Source: Stramenopiles sp. TOSAG23-3 (Eukaryota). From it: a DNA stretch of 20,000 bases. Below are positions 10,845 through 19,620 of the stretch, piece after piece; position 1 is the first letter of the stretch, and every line of letters starts with the position of its first letter. Location: assembly GCA_900128585.1 (NCBI GenBank), contig LT642150.1:50752-70751 (forward strand), read 5' to 3'. The translations under genes and the position numbers were made by a program. The notes beneath the pieces are model-generated. The model searched no databases. It saw only the letters and a program-made list of their open reading frames with translations, and was not told the origin of the DNA.

Positions 10845-11337
10845 GAGAGTCGTGCGGTTCAATTTTCCACCCGCCGCTGTGATAAATGGCTCTGAAAATT
10901 CTCTTGGCGCCTACGTGTGGTTCAAAAATATACCGCGGGGTGGGGATTCCCATCCGATGAAAAAGCGTATGATATTTTTTCGATGATAATTATACATTGG
11001 TATATACACACAGTTTGGTGCTCTAATGTGAATGGGGGCGCCTGGTGAGGGGTAGACGGAGGAGGAGGAGGGAGAAAGAGAGATGTTGGATGGGGGTGGA
11101 GGCAGCAGGAGCAGACAGCAGGTGAAAAGAAGAGAGAAGAAGAGAAAAGGTGGGGGGATGGTGTCGTGGCACGTAAAAAAATAAAATACGGAAGCAATAC
11201 GATATGAAAATTTCGTTGAACTTCTTTCATACTTAAACAGTTGAGGGAAAAAAATAATTCTTTCACTAATTGATAACAAACCAAGGGGTTTCAAGCCAAT
11301 TTATCGCATTATCGGTCTATTTTGCAGTTGGTAACAC

Positions 11338-12573
11338 TTAAATCAACCAAATGCACACGACCGTCGTATTGTCTTGGGATCCTCGGCGCATTGCCTCCTC
11401 GACTAAGTATTGACCCATTCGCTCCCTTCGTCGTTCCATTCCGGCGCGAATTCCCACTCTTGGCTCTGAGTCATTCCCCGGGTCTTTCAGGGCGTCGTAC
11501 GCATTCACGGCAGAGTTACCGTCGTGCCCAACGCCCACCATTACGTTCTTGCAGAAATCAACAGCTTCTTGACTACTCATAACGTCCCATAAACCGTCGG
11601 ATGCCACAATAATGAACTGGTCCTCTGTTGGCGAACGTTCAACTTTCTTGATGTCAGGTTCCGCCGTAACGAATGGAGCTTCCGCATGATCGCCCATAGA
11701 CCGGGACAGAGCTAAATTCCCATTCACGCGCCAGGCCCCCATGGTTGGAACAGGGGCCCCGTCGTCGTCCCGCCACCCGTACCATGATACCACACCACCT
11801 AAATCTTCAATGCGCTTCCTTTCCTCGGGATCATTCGGTTTATGGTCGTCTGTTAAGTCTATCGCCTCGCCGTTGCGGCACAATACGGCTCTCGAATCGC
11901 CCACGTTAATAGCCCACATATACTTGTCCACCAGCATAATGGCTACTGCGGTTGATCCTACGTGCTGCCAATCGGTCATTTCAATAATTTCTTTTTGTAC
12001 ACGATGAAATGCCGCTACCAACGCACTGCCAATATCTTTTCCGAACGACTTAATGCCAAGGAATGAGCCCTGTGACTCTATTTCGTCCTCCACTACTTGG
12101 TACAAACGTTTTCGTAAATATTCGGAGACGGCGCCCCCACCGTGGCCATCGTACACTGCAAAAAAGGAGCCATCGTCGGAAATAAAGTACTCATCCTCCA
12201 TGTACTGTCTCGGCCCTTTCGTCAAAAAGCAGGATGCCCCTGAGCACTGTCTCCAACTTTTTAGTTTGACTTCTTGTCGACCCGAGTTGTGTCGGACGCC
12301 CTTCCTTATCCCAAGTTCAACGAAACTTACCTCTGCCTCAGAATCGTCTGAACCTGAGCACTCTAAATGAGCAGCGGCAACACCACTCGTAAGCATCAAC
12401 ACACCCAACCCCGACGCGAAACGACCGTTCTGCAAAATTGACCATGCACCAGCCTGGTCCCCGTGGCATCGACGGTGAAAAAAATGTCGCCGCTGGAGTT
12501 GAATACCCACAACGTTTCGAACCGAACGCGGCTGGCAAACGGAACACCGCCTCAAAAGTTGGTTGAGGAACAT
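11338..12573 (-). CDS. PP2C/PPM-family Ser/Thr protein phosphatase, 411 aa
   Basis: PPM motifs GPRQYMEDE, FAVYDGHGG, GSTAV, NVGDSRAVL, LTDDHKP, RVNGNLALSRSMGD, IIVASDGLWDV and GSQDNTTVVCI. First ATG at 12573. Confidence 0.95.
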   Translation of the reverse strand: MFLNQLLRRCSVCQPRSVRNVVGIQLQRRHFFHRRCHGDQAGAWSILQNGRFASGLGVLMLTSGVAAAHLECSGSDDSEAEVSFVELGIRKGVRHNSGRQEVKLKSWRQCSGASCFLTKGPRQYMEDEYFISDDGSFFAVYDGHGGGAVSEYLRKRLYQVVEDEIESQGSFLGIKSFGKDIGSALVAAFHRVQKEIIEMTDWQHVGSTAVAIMLVDKYMWAINVGDSRAVLCRNGEAIDLTDDHKPNDPEERKRIEDLGGVVSWYGWRDDDGAPVPTMGAWRVNGNLALSRSMGDHAEAPFVTAEPDIKKVERSPTEDQFIIVASDGLWDVMSSQEAVDFCKNVMVGVGHDGNSAVNAYDALKDPGNDSEPRVGIRAGMERRRERMGQYLVEEAMRRGSQDNTTVVCIWLI

Positions 12574-13111
12574 GCTGGCCTCCAACTACTTTGTCGAATG
12601 CTGTATCTGCCTGTGATTGTTGAAGAAACTGATTAGTGGCCTGTAAAGTTAAAAAACGGGGCAATTGATTGCATGTTAAGCAGTTTTGATCACTAATTGA
12701 ACGTTTAGTATTTTAATGGACATTCATATTCATCATCATTATAATAATAATAAATTATTATTATGTTGTAGCGGATAATATTATTAATCAGATTCAGTGA
12801 TGGGGGATGGTGGATGGTGTGTGGTGGTTTGTTATTATTATTACATTATTATTACATTGTATTACATTGTATTATTATATCTTTTCTCAGGACTCAGGAC
12901 TCACTCGGGTATAAAATATAAAATATAAAGTACAAGCAAAAACAGAGGCGAGTCAAATATTAAATATACACAACAGTAAGTATAAGTATACCAGGGTATT
13001 TGTTTAAAACAATAATAATAAGTTCTACTATACGGAATCAGTACAACTAAATATATATACACAGGCAGGAAATCATATTTTATGTATTAATATTATTATT
13101 GTTACATACAG

Positions 13112-13182
13112 TAGAAGATACACAGAGTAAACTTGACATCTTACAGTATTATAGAAGATACACAGAGTAAACTTGACATCTT
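13112..13182. repeat. 31-bp exact direct repeat, two copies, period 40
   Basis: TAGAAGATACACAGAGTAAACTTGACATCTT at 13112-13142 and 13152-13182. Confidence 0.95.
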
Positions 13183-14503
13183 CAACAAAAAATAATTAGA
13201 GTAAAAAAAAAAAAATAGAAAATATAAAAAAAATCATCATCGTCGCCTCAGCAGCAGAGGAGGAAGACTATAGATACTATTACTGTATTATTTTTTTTAA
13301 TTATTTTTATAATAAAATTTGATGATTCTGAGCAGAAGATGTATGAATGTATGGTTAAATAAAAAGATACACTGCATAGTATTAATATGATACTATTATC
13401 ATAGCATAGACTATTATATAATGTAGCAGCAAGAGAAGAAAAGATCAATTGTACGTAAATTATCTTTGAGTAAAAGATACTACTGTAGCTTATGTACATT
13501 AGCTACAGTAGTATTATACTACACATATACAGTACAGTTTAAAGTGTGTTCATGGGATTTGTTGAGAAGTACGATGATGAAGATACATTTTAAGATATAA
13601 TTGGAATCATGTATTGTACACTGTGTAGATAGAGATGTGAGGATGAAGAATATTGGAGATGGAAAAGTAAAGAAGCAATACCATTGGTATGAATATTCAA
13701 CGCGTTCATACTGTACATAGTATAGGCTCTACTCGAATACGGACTATTTCTCCTATTTAATGTGTTAGGCTAATGTATATACGGTGTGTGTGATCTTGTT
13801 AAAATATATTTTGATACATTTATTTAAATATAATGGTGTCTTGTTATTAATTATATTTTATATAATATATTTGTTCAAAGTAACATCAAACAGAAAAGGA
13901 AAATCGGAAAATAAAATGTTTCTGTTTATTCCCATACTGTGAAGGTATTAAAAACCATTGGTCCTTCAAGGCCATTCATTTTTTTCTCTCTAATCTCCAA
14001 AACAACACGTATCAATACTCTGCCTATATATGTTGGGATATACTATATACATAACAGCAAAAAACGAAACTAATATTAACCTTAAGGAAATAATAATATA
14101 TAAATAATTTTGTGTAGTAGTATACATATCATTATATACTGAATGTCACGAAATGATCAATGCGGGATGTATATTTACCTTAATATATGAAGAGATGTCA
14201 TTTTTTCCAATATTTTTATTGCATTCATAATGCTATCGCTATGTAATAATATTCAGGCCTCCTTCATTCTATTTCCATGTATTCTTCTACTACATTATTA
14301 TCATCATGAAATGATGAATGAATGACCGAACAAAGAAAGAAGGAGAGGTTATTTCCATTCATGTTATTGTACATCTTTGACGATACCAAAGAAATGTTTT
14401 ACAAAACGTGTTTACGTCGGGAACTCGAAGGCTTTTACCCATCTAGAATTTTTACAGAAACAAGAACAGTTATTTTTATTCACATTTCTTAAACTAATAA
14501 AAT

Positions 14504-14797
14504 ATGGGTAGGCGCACAAAGAAAGTCGGCATCACCGGTAAATACGGAACCAGGTATGGTTCCTCCCTTCGTAAGGTTATCAAGAAGGTCGAGATCTCCC
14601 AGCACTCCAAGTTTAACTGTGTTTTTTGTGGTAACACTACCGTCAAGCGTGAAGTAGTTGGTATCTGGAAGTGCAGTAAATGCAGAGCTAAAATTGCAGG
14701 AGCCGCCTACCAATTGAGTAGTGCCGCCGCCGTAACTGTTCGTACCGCTGTTGGCCGGCTTCGTGCCAAGCAGGAAGCCAACAAACAAACCAACTAA
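14504..14797 (+). CDS. RPL37A: 60S ribosomal protein L37a (eL43)
   Basis: [24 protein letters not shown] start, intact zinc finger CVFC...VGIWKCSKC, and AGAAY. 97 aa, no intron. Confidence 0.98.
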   Translation: MGRRTKKVGITGKYGTRYGSSLRKVIKKVEISQHSKFNCVFCGNTTVKREVVGIWKCSKCRAKIAGAAYQLSSAAAVTVRTAVGRLRAKQEANKQTN

Positions 14798-14845
14798 GAT
14801 GTTTGTTTTGTTTAGGAATATTCATATAGAAACATTGAAAGACTA

Positions 14846-15091
14846 TTAGGTACGTATTAGATGATAATGCTGTGTAGCTTTTTGAACGGTCGCTGGAAGC
14901 GGGCGAAGGCTTTTGGAGAATGACTCCACGGTGTTTTGAAAGCTCAACAGGCGTTCGTCCTGTCGCCAAGGCAACGGTTTGAATGAATGGCTCCACGCAG
15001 GTACTTTCGTCCACATGGGGGCGTGTATCGGCGCGGGTCCAGTTGATCGGCTTTTGAGACCGAGTGGAGAGGCATCGTCGTGTGTACACAT
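14846..15091 (-). CDS. Hypothetical small protein (81 aa)
   Basis: ATG at 15091 to TAA at 14846, followed directly by TAG. The ORF matches an island of coding-like GC between AT-rich flanks. No family recognised. Confidence 0.45.
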   Translation of the reverse strand: MCTHDDASPLGLKSRSTGPAPIHAPMWTKVPAWSHSFKPLPWRQDERLLSFQNTVESFSKSLRPLPATVQKATQHYHLIRT

Positions 15092-15849
15092 AAATTTCTT
15101 GTAGTTAAGACTGTTTCCCTTTGTTATAGCAATTTTAAGATGTAAAAACGCAAAGTGAAGTACGTACATGCGCCAACAAAATCCTTTCTCGAGTGTATAA
15201 ATGACATGAAAAGCTCGCTTCACTTCTATTATTAATGCAATTGCTTCGTTCCTCCTGCCTGTACTGGTGTTGTTTAATTATGCATTACACAGCGTCACAC
15301 CCTCTATGGAAACCAACCATCATATACTTTTATTAATACAGAATACTATTATCAAATAGGATTTGATATGTTAATACGTTATTACAATATATATAGATGT
15401 AATAATAAGTTTTAAAAATAATGGTTTATTAAATAGGAAATTAAATGGATACACTACTATTTTAAGTTAGAATACATAATTTCTTCGTATCATAGAAGAA
15501 GCTAATGAATGGGCAGGGCATCGAAGTACAATTAAAGGGCCTGAGCATATGGATGTAGCATATTGGAATAGCATCGATTTAATTGATGGGCACAAACTAT
15601 CCGAATTAGAAAAAGATGATGCTGTATTTTATGTATTAATTAAGGTATATTATATTATTTAATAATACCCCATTATTATGAACAAAATAAATATATATTC
15701 TAATAATTAAAAATATATGTTGTATGACTTTATAAAAATAGTATACATTTAAATACTCCTTAAGATTAAGAAATGCTACCTACAAGATATATTAGAAGGA
15801 GATACAATGTCATTATATCGTTATCTATCGTACATAATCTATAAAATAG

Positions 15850-15854
<5 letters not shown>

Positions 15855-15882
<28 letters not shown>
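15855..15882. repeat. (AG)14 microsatellite
   Basis: Perfect dinucleotide run. Confidence 0.97.
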
Positions 15883-15886
<4 letters not shown>

Positions 15887-16415
15887 AAAATGAATGAATG
15901 AATGTATAATGAATAAATGAGGGTGAAAGAGAGTCTAAGACACCACACCACCACCACCTCCTAAAAAAGATTTTTTTTTTGTGGCCTGATTTGATGATGA
16001 TGATGCTGCCTCCTCCTTGTATTCACCCCCCCACCAAGCTAAACAACAAACAAGAAGAACAAGAAGCACAAGAAGAGAAGAAGCACAAGAAGAACAACAA
16101 CACAACGCAACAAAAAAATAATAATTATTATATTAATATAGCTATTATTATTATTTATTATTAATAATAATAAATAATAATATAAATAAAGAAGAAAGAC
16201 ACCACCGCCGATCCCAATATTCATTCTTCTGTAGTAAGTACACTTCTCTCAGAGAAGAGAAAGTAAAAATGTAAAGCGATTATGTGGACGCAGATGCAAT
16301 CACCCGTATTTTATTAATCTTACTTGAGCAACGTGCAAAAGCTTCGAGCACGTTTATTATACGTTAACTTCAACTTATTTTTGTGCCCGTACCGTTCTCG
16401 TGTTCACGCGCCGCA

Positions 16416-18140
16416 ATGTCAGAAGAAGAGTTATTCGCTGGCCTAAGTCTCGCCTCCACCCTTGTGGAGCAAGGGGTTCTCTCCCGAAACAGGCGTGCGA
16501 TAATAAAAGAGCTCGTGCTTAGGTGGGATGCGAGGGTGATGAGGGCCATTCGGCAACATGGGGGCGGCAACGACGGTGAGTTGGGCCAAGAATTGGGGCA
16601 TTGTGCTAGGAAGGAGATAGAACAAATAGTAGAAAACACTGGCCTTGTTCGAGCAGGCGAGTCGTTGGGGCTCTCGTCGCTGGCGCTTGCTCTGCAAAAC
16701 ATCGACTTGCCCCTTCACGCCACCTGTTGTGTCTTAGAAAATGGCGCCGGGGAAATTTCCATTGCAGCATCAATGTTGGAGGACTTTACGAGGGTATACT
16801 GCATTTTAAAGCCCTCCGAAAGAAACGAAAGCTTTGATCCGCATGAACTTGTAAGCCACTTCGAGGGGGAACTGCGGCCTATGTTAGACTCGGGGGTTGC
16901 GAACAGCTTCAAGCTTGGGGTTTTGAAGGGGACCTGGGAGACCAACAAGGCGTGGTCGACGACCAACTTGGTAATTGTCTCCTTGCCGCAAACGGACATC
17001 AAGATGTTCAAAACGGAGTTGAAAATGATGTGCCCTGGGTCTTACCTAATTGTTTTGGGGGACGCCGCCTTGGGCCTCGAACTAGCAGGGTTCCAGATAT
17101 TGTACACCTGGGGGGAAGGAAAGGAAGGAGTTCCGCCAGCCGTTGTTTACTTTTTTGAAGGCACGATGGCTACCAAGTTTGAGCCGGGGGTCAGTACTGA
17201 GCCCGTTTTCGTGGCGTCTACCCCGCCTCTGCGCGCGGCAGAACCACCGGGAGCCCAGATTCCCAGCGATTACCTTAGCTCGCCCTTGGGGTCCAGGCTG
17301 GTTGGGAGAAAACAAACGTTTCGACCGTCCAACGCTCTATTGGATACCGACGAGGATAGCGAAGACGGGGACGACCTTGTTAGCAGCTCTCCCCACGATG
17401 CGCGTCTTCTGCACCGCAAAAGGGTCCACTCCACGAACCAACGCGATGAGGGCACCGCAGAGGCACAGGAAGGGGCAATCAGGATCCCTAACAAGAAAAA
17501 AATTAACACCGATTTCCGAGGCCCTGGAGGCGCGCTTGCAAATGATCCGGAGAGTGTTAGCTCCCCGATTGGGGCATCACTTGTCAATAGAAAACGTCAA
17601 ATATCGAAAGATGGGCCTAGACCGCGCCTTAGTCTTTCCGCGACTCCTCCTCAGAGTTCACTGAGCCCGTTGCAGAGGAGGTTGTTCTCGCAAGAGCATT
17701 ACAATGCTTCGAAAGTAAAGAACGCCGGCGCCTCTGCTCCACCCCCACCGAGCTCACCATTCGGGGATGCTTTGCTGCAGCGGCGGCGGAGGACCGACAA
17801 GGGTATCGCAGTACCCCCGAACGCTCCGGCGTTGGATAATGGAGTCTCCAGTCCCATGAGTGGATCCTTGCTACGACGAAAACAACGGCACTCGGCCACT
17901 GAGCGCGGCAGAGAAGTGTTTGCTGAAGATTCTGGGATGCCTGCCGATAGTGTTTCCAGCCCCATGTCCGGACGCTTATTGCGGCGAAAAATGCAAATCG
18001 CGAAAGAAACGCGTGGTAGCACAGTCAGCAAAACGAACGTAGATGAATTCCAGTTTTTAGACGAGTCGGTTTCAAGCCCGCATGCATCCCGCCTGTTGGG
18101 GCGCAAGCATGCAAATTACAACTCCGGGCCTTTCTTTTGA
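16416..18140 (+). CDS. Uncharacterised protein: degenerate DOT1-like class I methyltransferase fold plus disordered tail with repeated SSP-x4-L(L/V)-x-R(K/R) motifs, 574 aa
   Basis: First ATG at 16416. Long ORF with coding-like composition. The fold call is by resemblance only (TCCVLENGAGEISIAASMLEDF, AWSTTNLVIV, MCPGSYLIV, TWG..VVYFF). The repeats are read directly from the translation. Confidence 0.8.
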   Translation: MSEEELFAGLSLASTLVEQGVLSRNRRAIIKELVLRWDARVMRAIRQHGGGNDGELGQELGHCARKEIEQIVENTGLVRAGESLGLSSLALALQNIDLPLHATCCVLENGAGEISIAASMLEDFTRVYCILKPSERNESFDPHELVSHFEGELRPMLDSGVANSFKLGVLKGTWETNKAWSTTNLVIVSLPQTDIKMFKTELKMMCPGSYLIVLGDAALGLELAGFQILYTWGEGKEGVPPAVVYFFEGTMATKFEPGVSTEPVFVASTPPLRAAEPPGAQIPSDYLSSPLGSRLVGRKQTFRPSNALLDTDEDSEDGDDLVSSSPHDARLLHRKRVHSTNQRDEGTAEAQEGAIRIPNKKKINTDFRGPGGALANDPESVSSPIGASLVNRKRQISKDGPRPRLSLSATPPQSSLSPLQRRLFSQEHYNASKVKNAGASAPPPPSSPFGDALLQRRRRTDKGIAVPPNAPALDNGVSSPMSGSLLRRKQRHSATERGREVFAEDSGMPADSVSSPMSGRLLRRKMQIAKETRGSTVSKTNVDEFQFLDESVSSPHASRLLGRKHANYNSGPFF

Positions 18141-18504
18141 ACGCCCAGGGTAAAAATTACGAGTATGAAAGTCAAAGTTATGTTATGAATAACGTGCTAC
18201 TTTGTAGTAAAAGAGCAATGTCAATATGACACCACGCGGTTGTATTTAAAAAACCAAAATATATCGGTTGTATTTAATATGTATTATTTGTTCTTTTACT
18301 TTTAGTACATTAACTTTAATAATTACTTCTTAAAAAACAAAATGTATATTAAATAAGAGCCAATTTTCTTTTTCTACTTGAGACTAAATAACACCCATAT
18401 TTTTGTTTTTATTAAACTGGGTGGATCTTACACCGCCTTACGCTCTGGCATTATTATACTTTTCGCTCGCCCTGCGCGAGAAAAAAAGGGTCTCGGCAAA
18501 AACA

Positions 18505-19620
18505 TCATCTGTATTTGTTAAACCAGGGCGGTGGTGAGTCTTTTTTTCCTGTAAAAGCAATCGACTTAACCATTTCACTACCCATCGCAGGAGTCCCAGC
18601 CACCCCGCTTCCGATTTGGGGCAAAATATCATCATTGATTGCAACAGAAATGGAATAATGGCCTTGAATCAAATGCCATTCCTCCAATTCGTCAAAAAGT
18701 TCTATCCTCTGAACGCGAACAACATCTTCCTTGGGTAAAAAGTCATAGTACACCTGGTTCATATCTAATGCAGTGCAATGACTCCAGCCCAGTGACGTGT
18801 ACCTTTGCTCCAGTGAAATAAGGGTTGGATACTTGTGAATGCTATGAAGAGGACACCCTCGGCGCTCAATGTTCTGGATCATGACACGACCAAACTGAGT
18901 ATTCGGCAATATTTGCTCATAGGTAACAAACACTCCACGGTTAAAATTCTTGCCTGCCCACGAAATGAGTGCGTCCGAAAATTGGGCTTTCATATAGACT
19001 AACACGCACTCCGACAAAAACAAGGTTGGCGCTGTGCCGTCGATGCCAGACTTCTGTAGCGTTTCGGTTAGATGTGGCAAATCCCTTAGGTCAGCCGGGA
19101 TAGCATGGTAACTCGTAGAGTGCAGAGAGTCTGGTGCGTCCGACTGTAGCAGCTCCGCCATCTCGCCCTCCGTTAAGTCGATAAGACCGCGCAGTTCCTC
19201 GTTCGTGGTGATCGTTTCAATTTTCCTTTTTGTCACTGCTTTAAAATCTATGTCATATACTGCAGCCTTTTCAGAAAACGCCTTGTCGTTGGCTGCTAAC
19301 CGAAAAAAGAGAGTATCGACGCCACCCCCGAGCACAACTATTTGGTGTTTTCTTGAACTTTCTGTCGACAAGAACCTGTGTACAATTGTATCAATGGCTT
19401 TGAACCGGGCGTAGTATCCACGATTAATGAGCGGGGCACGGCGCTGGGCCGAACTGGGGGCAAAGTACTTCAAAAATGGATCTTGAAAATACCCTTTCTT
19501 TTCGGCTGAGAATTTACTGACAATGGCATCCATGCCAGTTGCTTGCACCGAAACGTCAGCTCGTGATGGGCCCCTGGCATCCCTGAAGCCGGTCTCAGGT
19601 TCCGAAGCTAGCCCGCTCAT
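18505..19620 (-). CDS. LCMT1: Leucine carboxyl methyltransferase 1 (PP2A C-terminal methyltransferase, PPM1 family)
   Basis: VQATGMDAIVSKFSA..GYFQDPF, RRAPLINRGYYAR, QIVVLGGGVDTLFFRL, PTLFLSECVLVYM, YEQI.P..QFGRVM, IELFDELEEW. 371 aa with no Kelch tail, so LCMT1-type rather than TYW4/LCMT2. Confidence 0.93.
   Translation of the reverse strand: MSGLASEPETGFRDARGPSRADVSVQATGMDAIVSKFSAEKKGYFQDPFLKYFAPSSAQRRAPLINRGYYARFKAIDTIVHRFLSTESSRKHQIVVLGGGVDTLFFRLAANDKAFSEKAAVYDIDFKAVTKRKIETITTNEELRGLIDLTEGEMAELLQSDAPDSLHSTSYHAIPADLRDLPHLTETLQKSGIDGTAPTLFLSECVLVYMKAQFSDALISWAGKNFNRGVFVTYEQILPNTQFGRVMIQNIERRGCPLHSIHKYPTLISLEQRYTSLGWSHCTALDMNQVYYDFLPKEDVVRVQRIELFDELEEWHLIQGHYSISVAINDDILPQIGSGVAGTPAMGSEMVKSIAFTGKKDSPPPWFNKYR

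Noticed and set aside
10669..10953. Out-of-frame upstream ATG ORF overlapping the LACTB2 start
   Set aside because: The transcription start is unknown, and the candidate introns I tried did not join it in frame to LACTB2.
13112..13182. 31-bp direct repeat as a mini CRISPR array
   Set aside because: Only two copies with a 9-bp gap, no cas genes, and a eukaryotic context.
13552..13692. MGFVEKYDDEDTF*DIIGIMYCTLCR*RCEDEEYWRWKSKEAIPLV as a decayed gene or stop-readthrough ORF
   Set aside because: Very short, two internal stops, no recognisable homology; purine-rich spacer DNA easily gives such peptides.
14962..14975. GTCGCCAAGGCAAC matches the RFX X-box consensus in a window with a ciliary gene
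   Set aside because: It lies about 8.7 kb from DAW1 inside a probable ORF, and RFX factors are not expected in most protist lineages. Likely chance.
16234..16252. Tiny GT-AG intron candidates in presumed 5' UTRs (GTAAGTACACTTCTCTCAG here; similar ones upstream of DAW1 and LACTB2)
   Set aside because: No coding frame needs them and no such introns interrupt the CDSs. They cannot be supported without transcripts.
18438..18504. GC hairpin and short open frame after the LCMT1 TGA, as SECIS or readthrough signal
   Set aside because: The LCMT1 domain is complete before the TGA, the hairpin is short and lacks a convincing SECIS core.
11338..19620. PP2C, a methyltransferase-like protein and LCMT1 as a phosphatase-regulation cluster
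   Set aside because: LCMT1 methylates PP2A-family catalytic subunits, not PP2C. Proximity in a compact eukaryotic genome is not evidence of a shared pathway.
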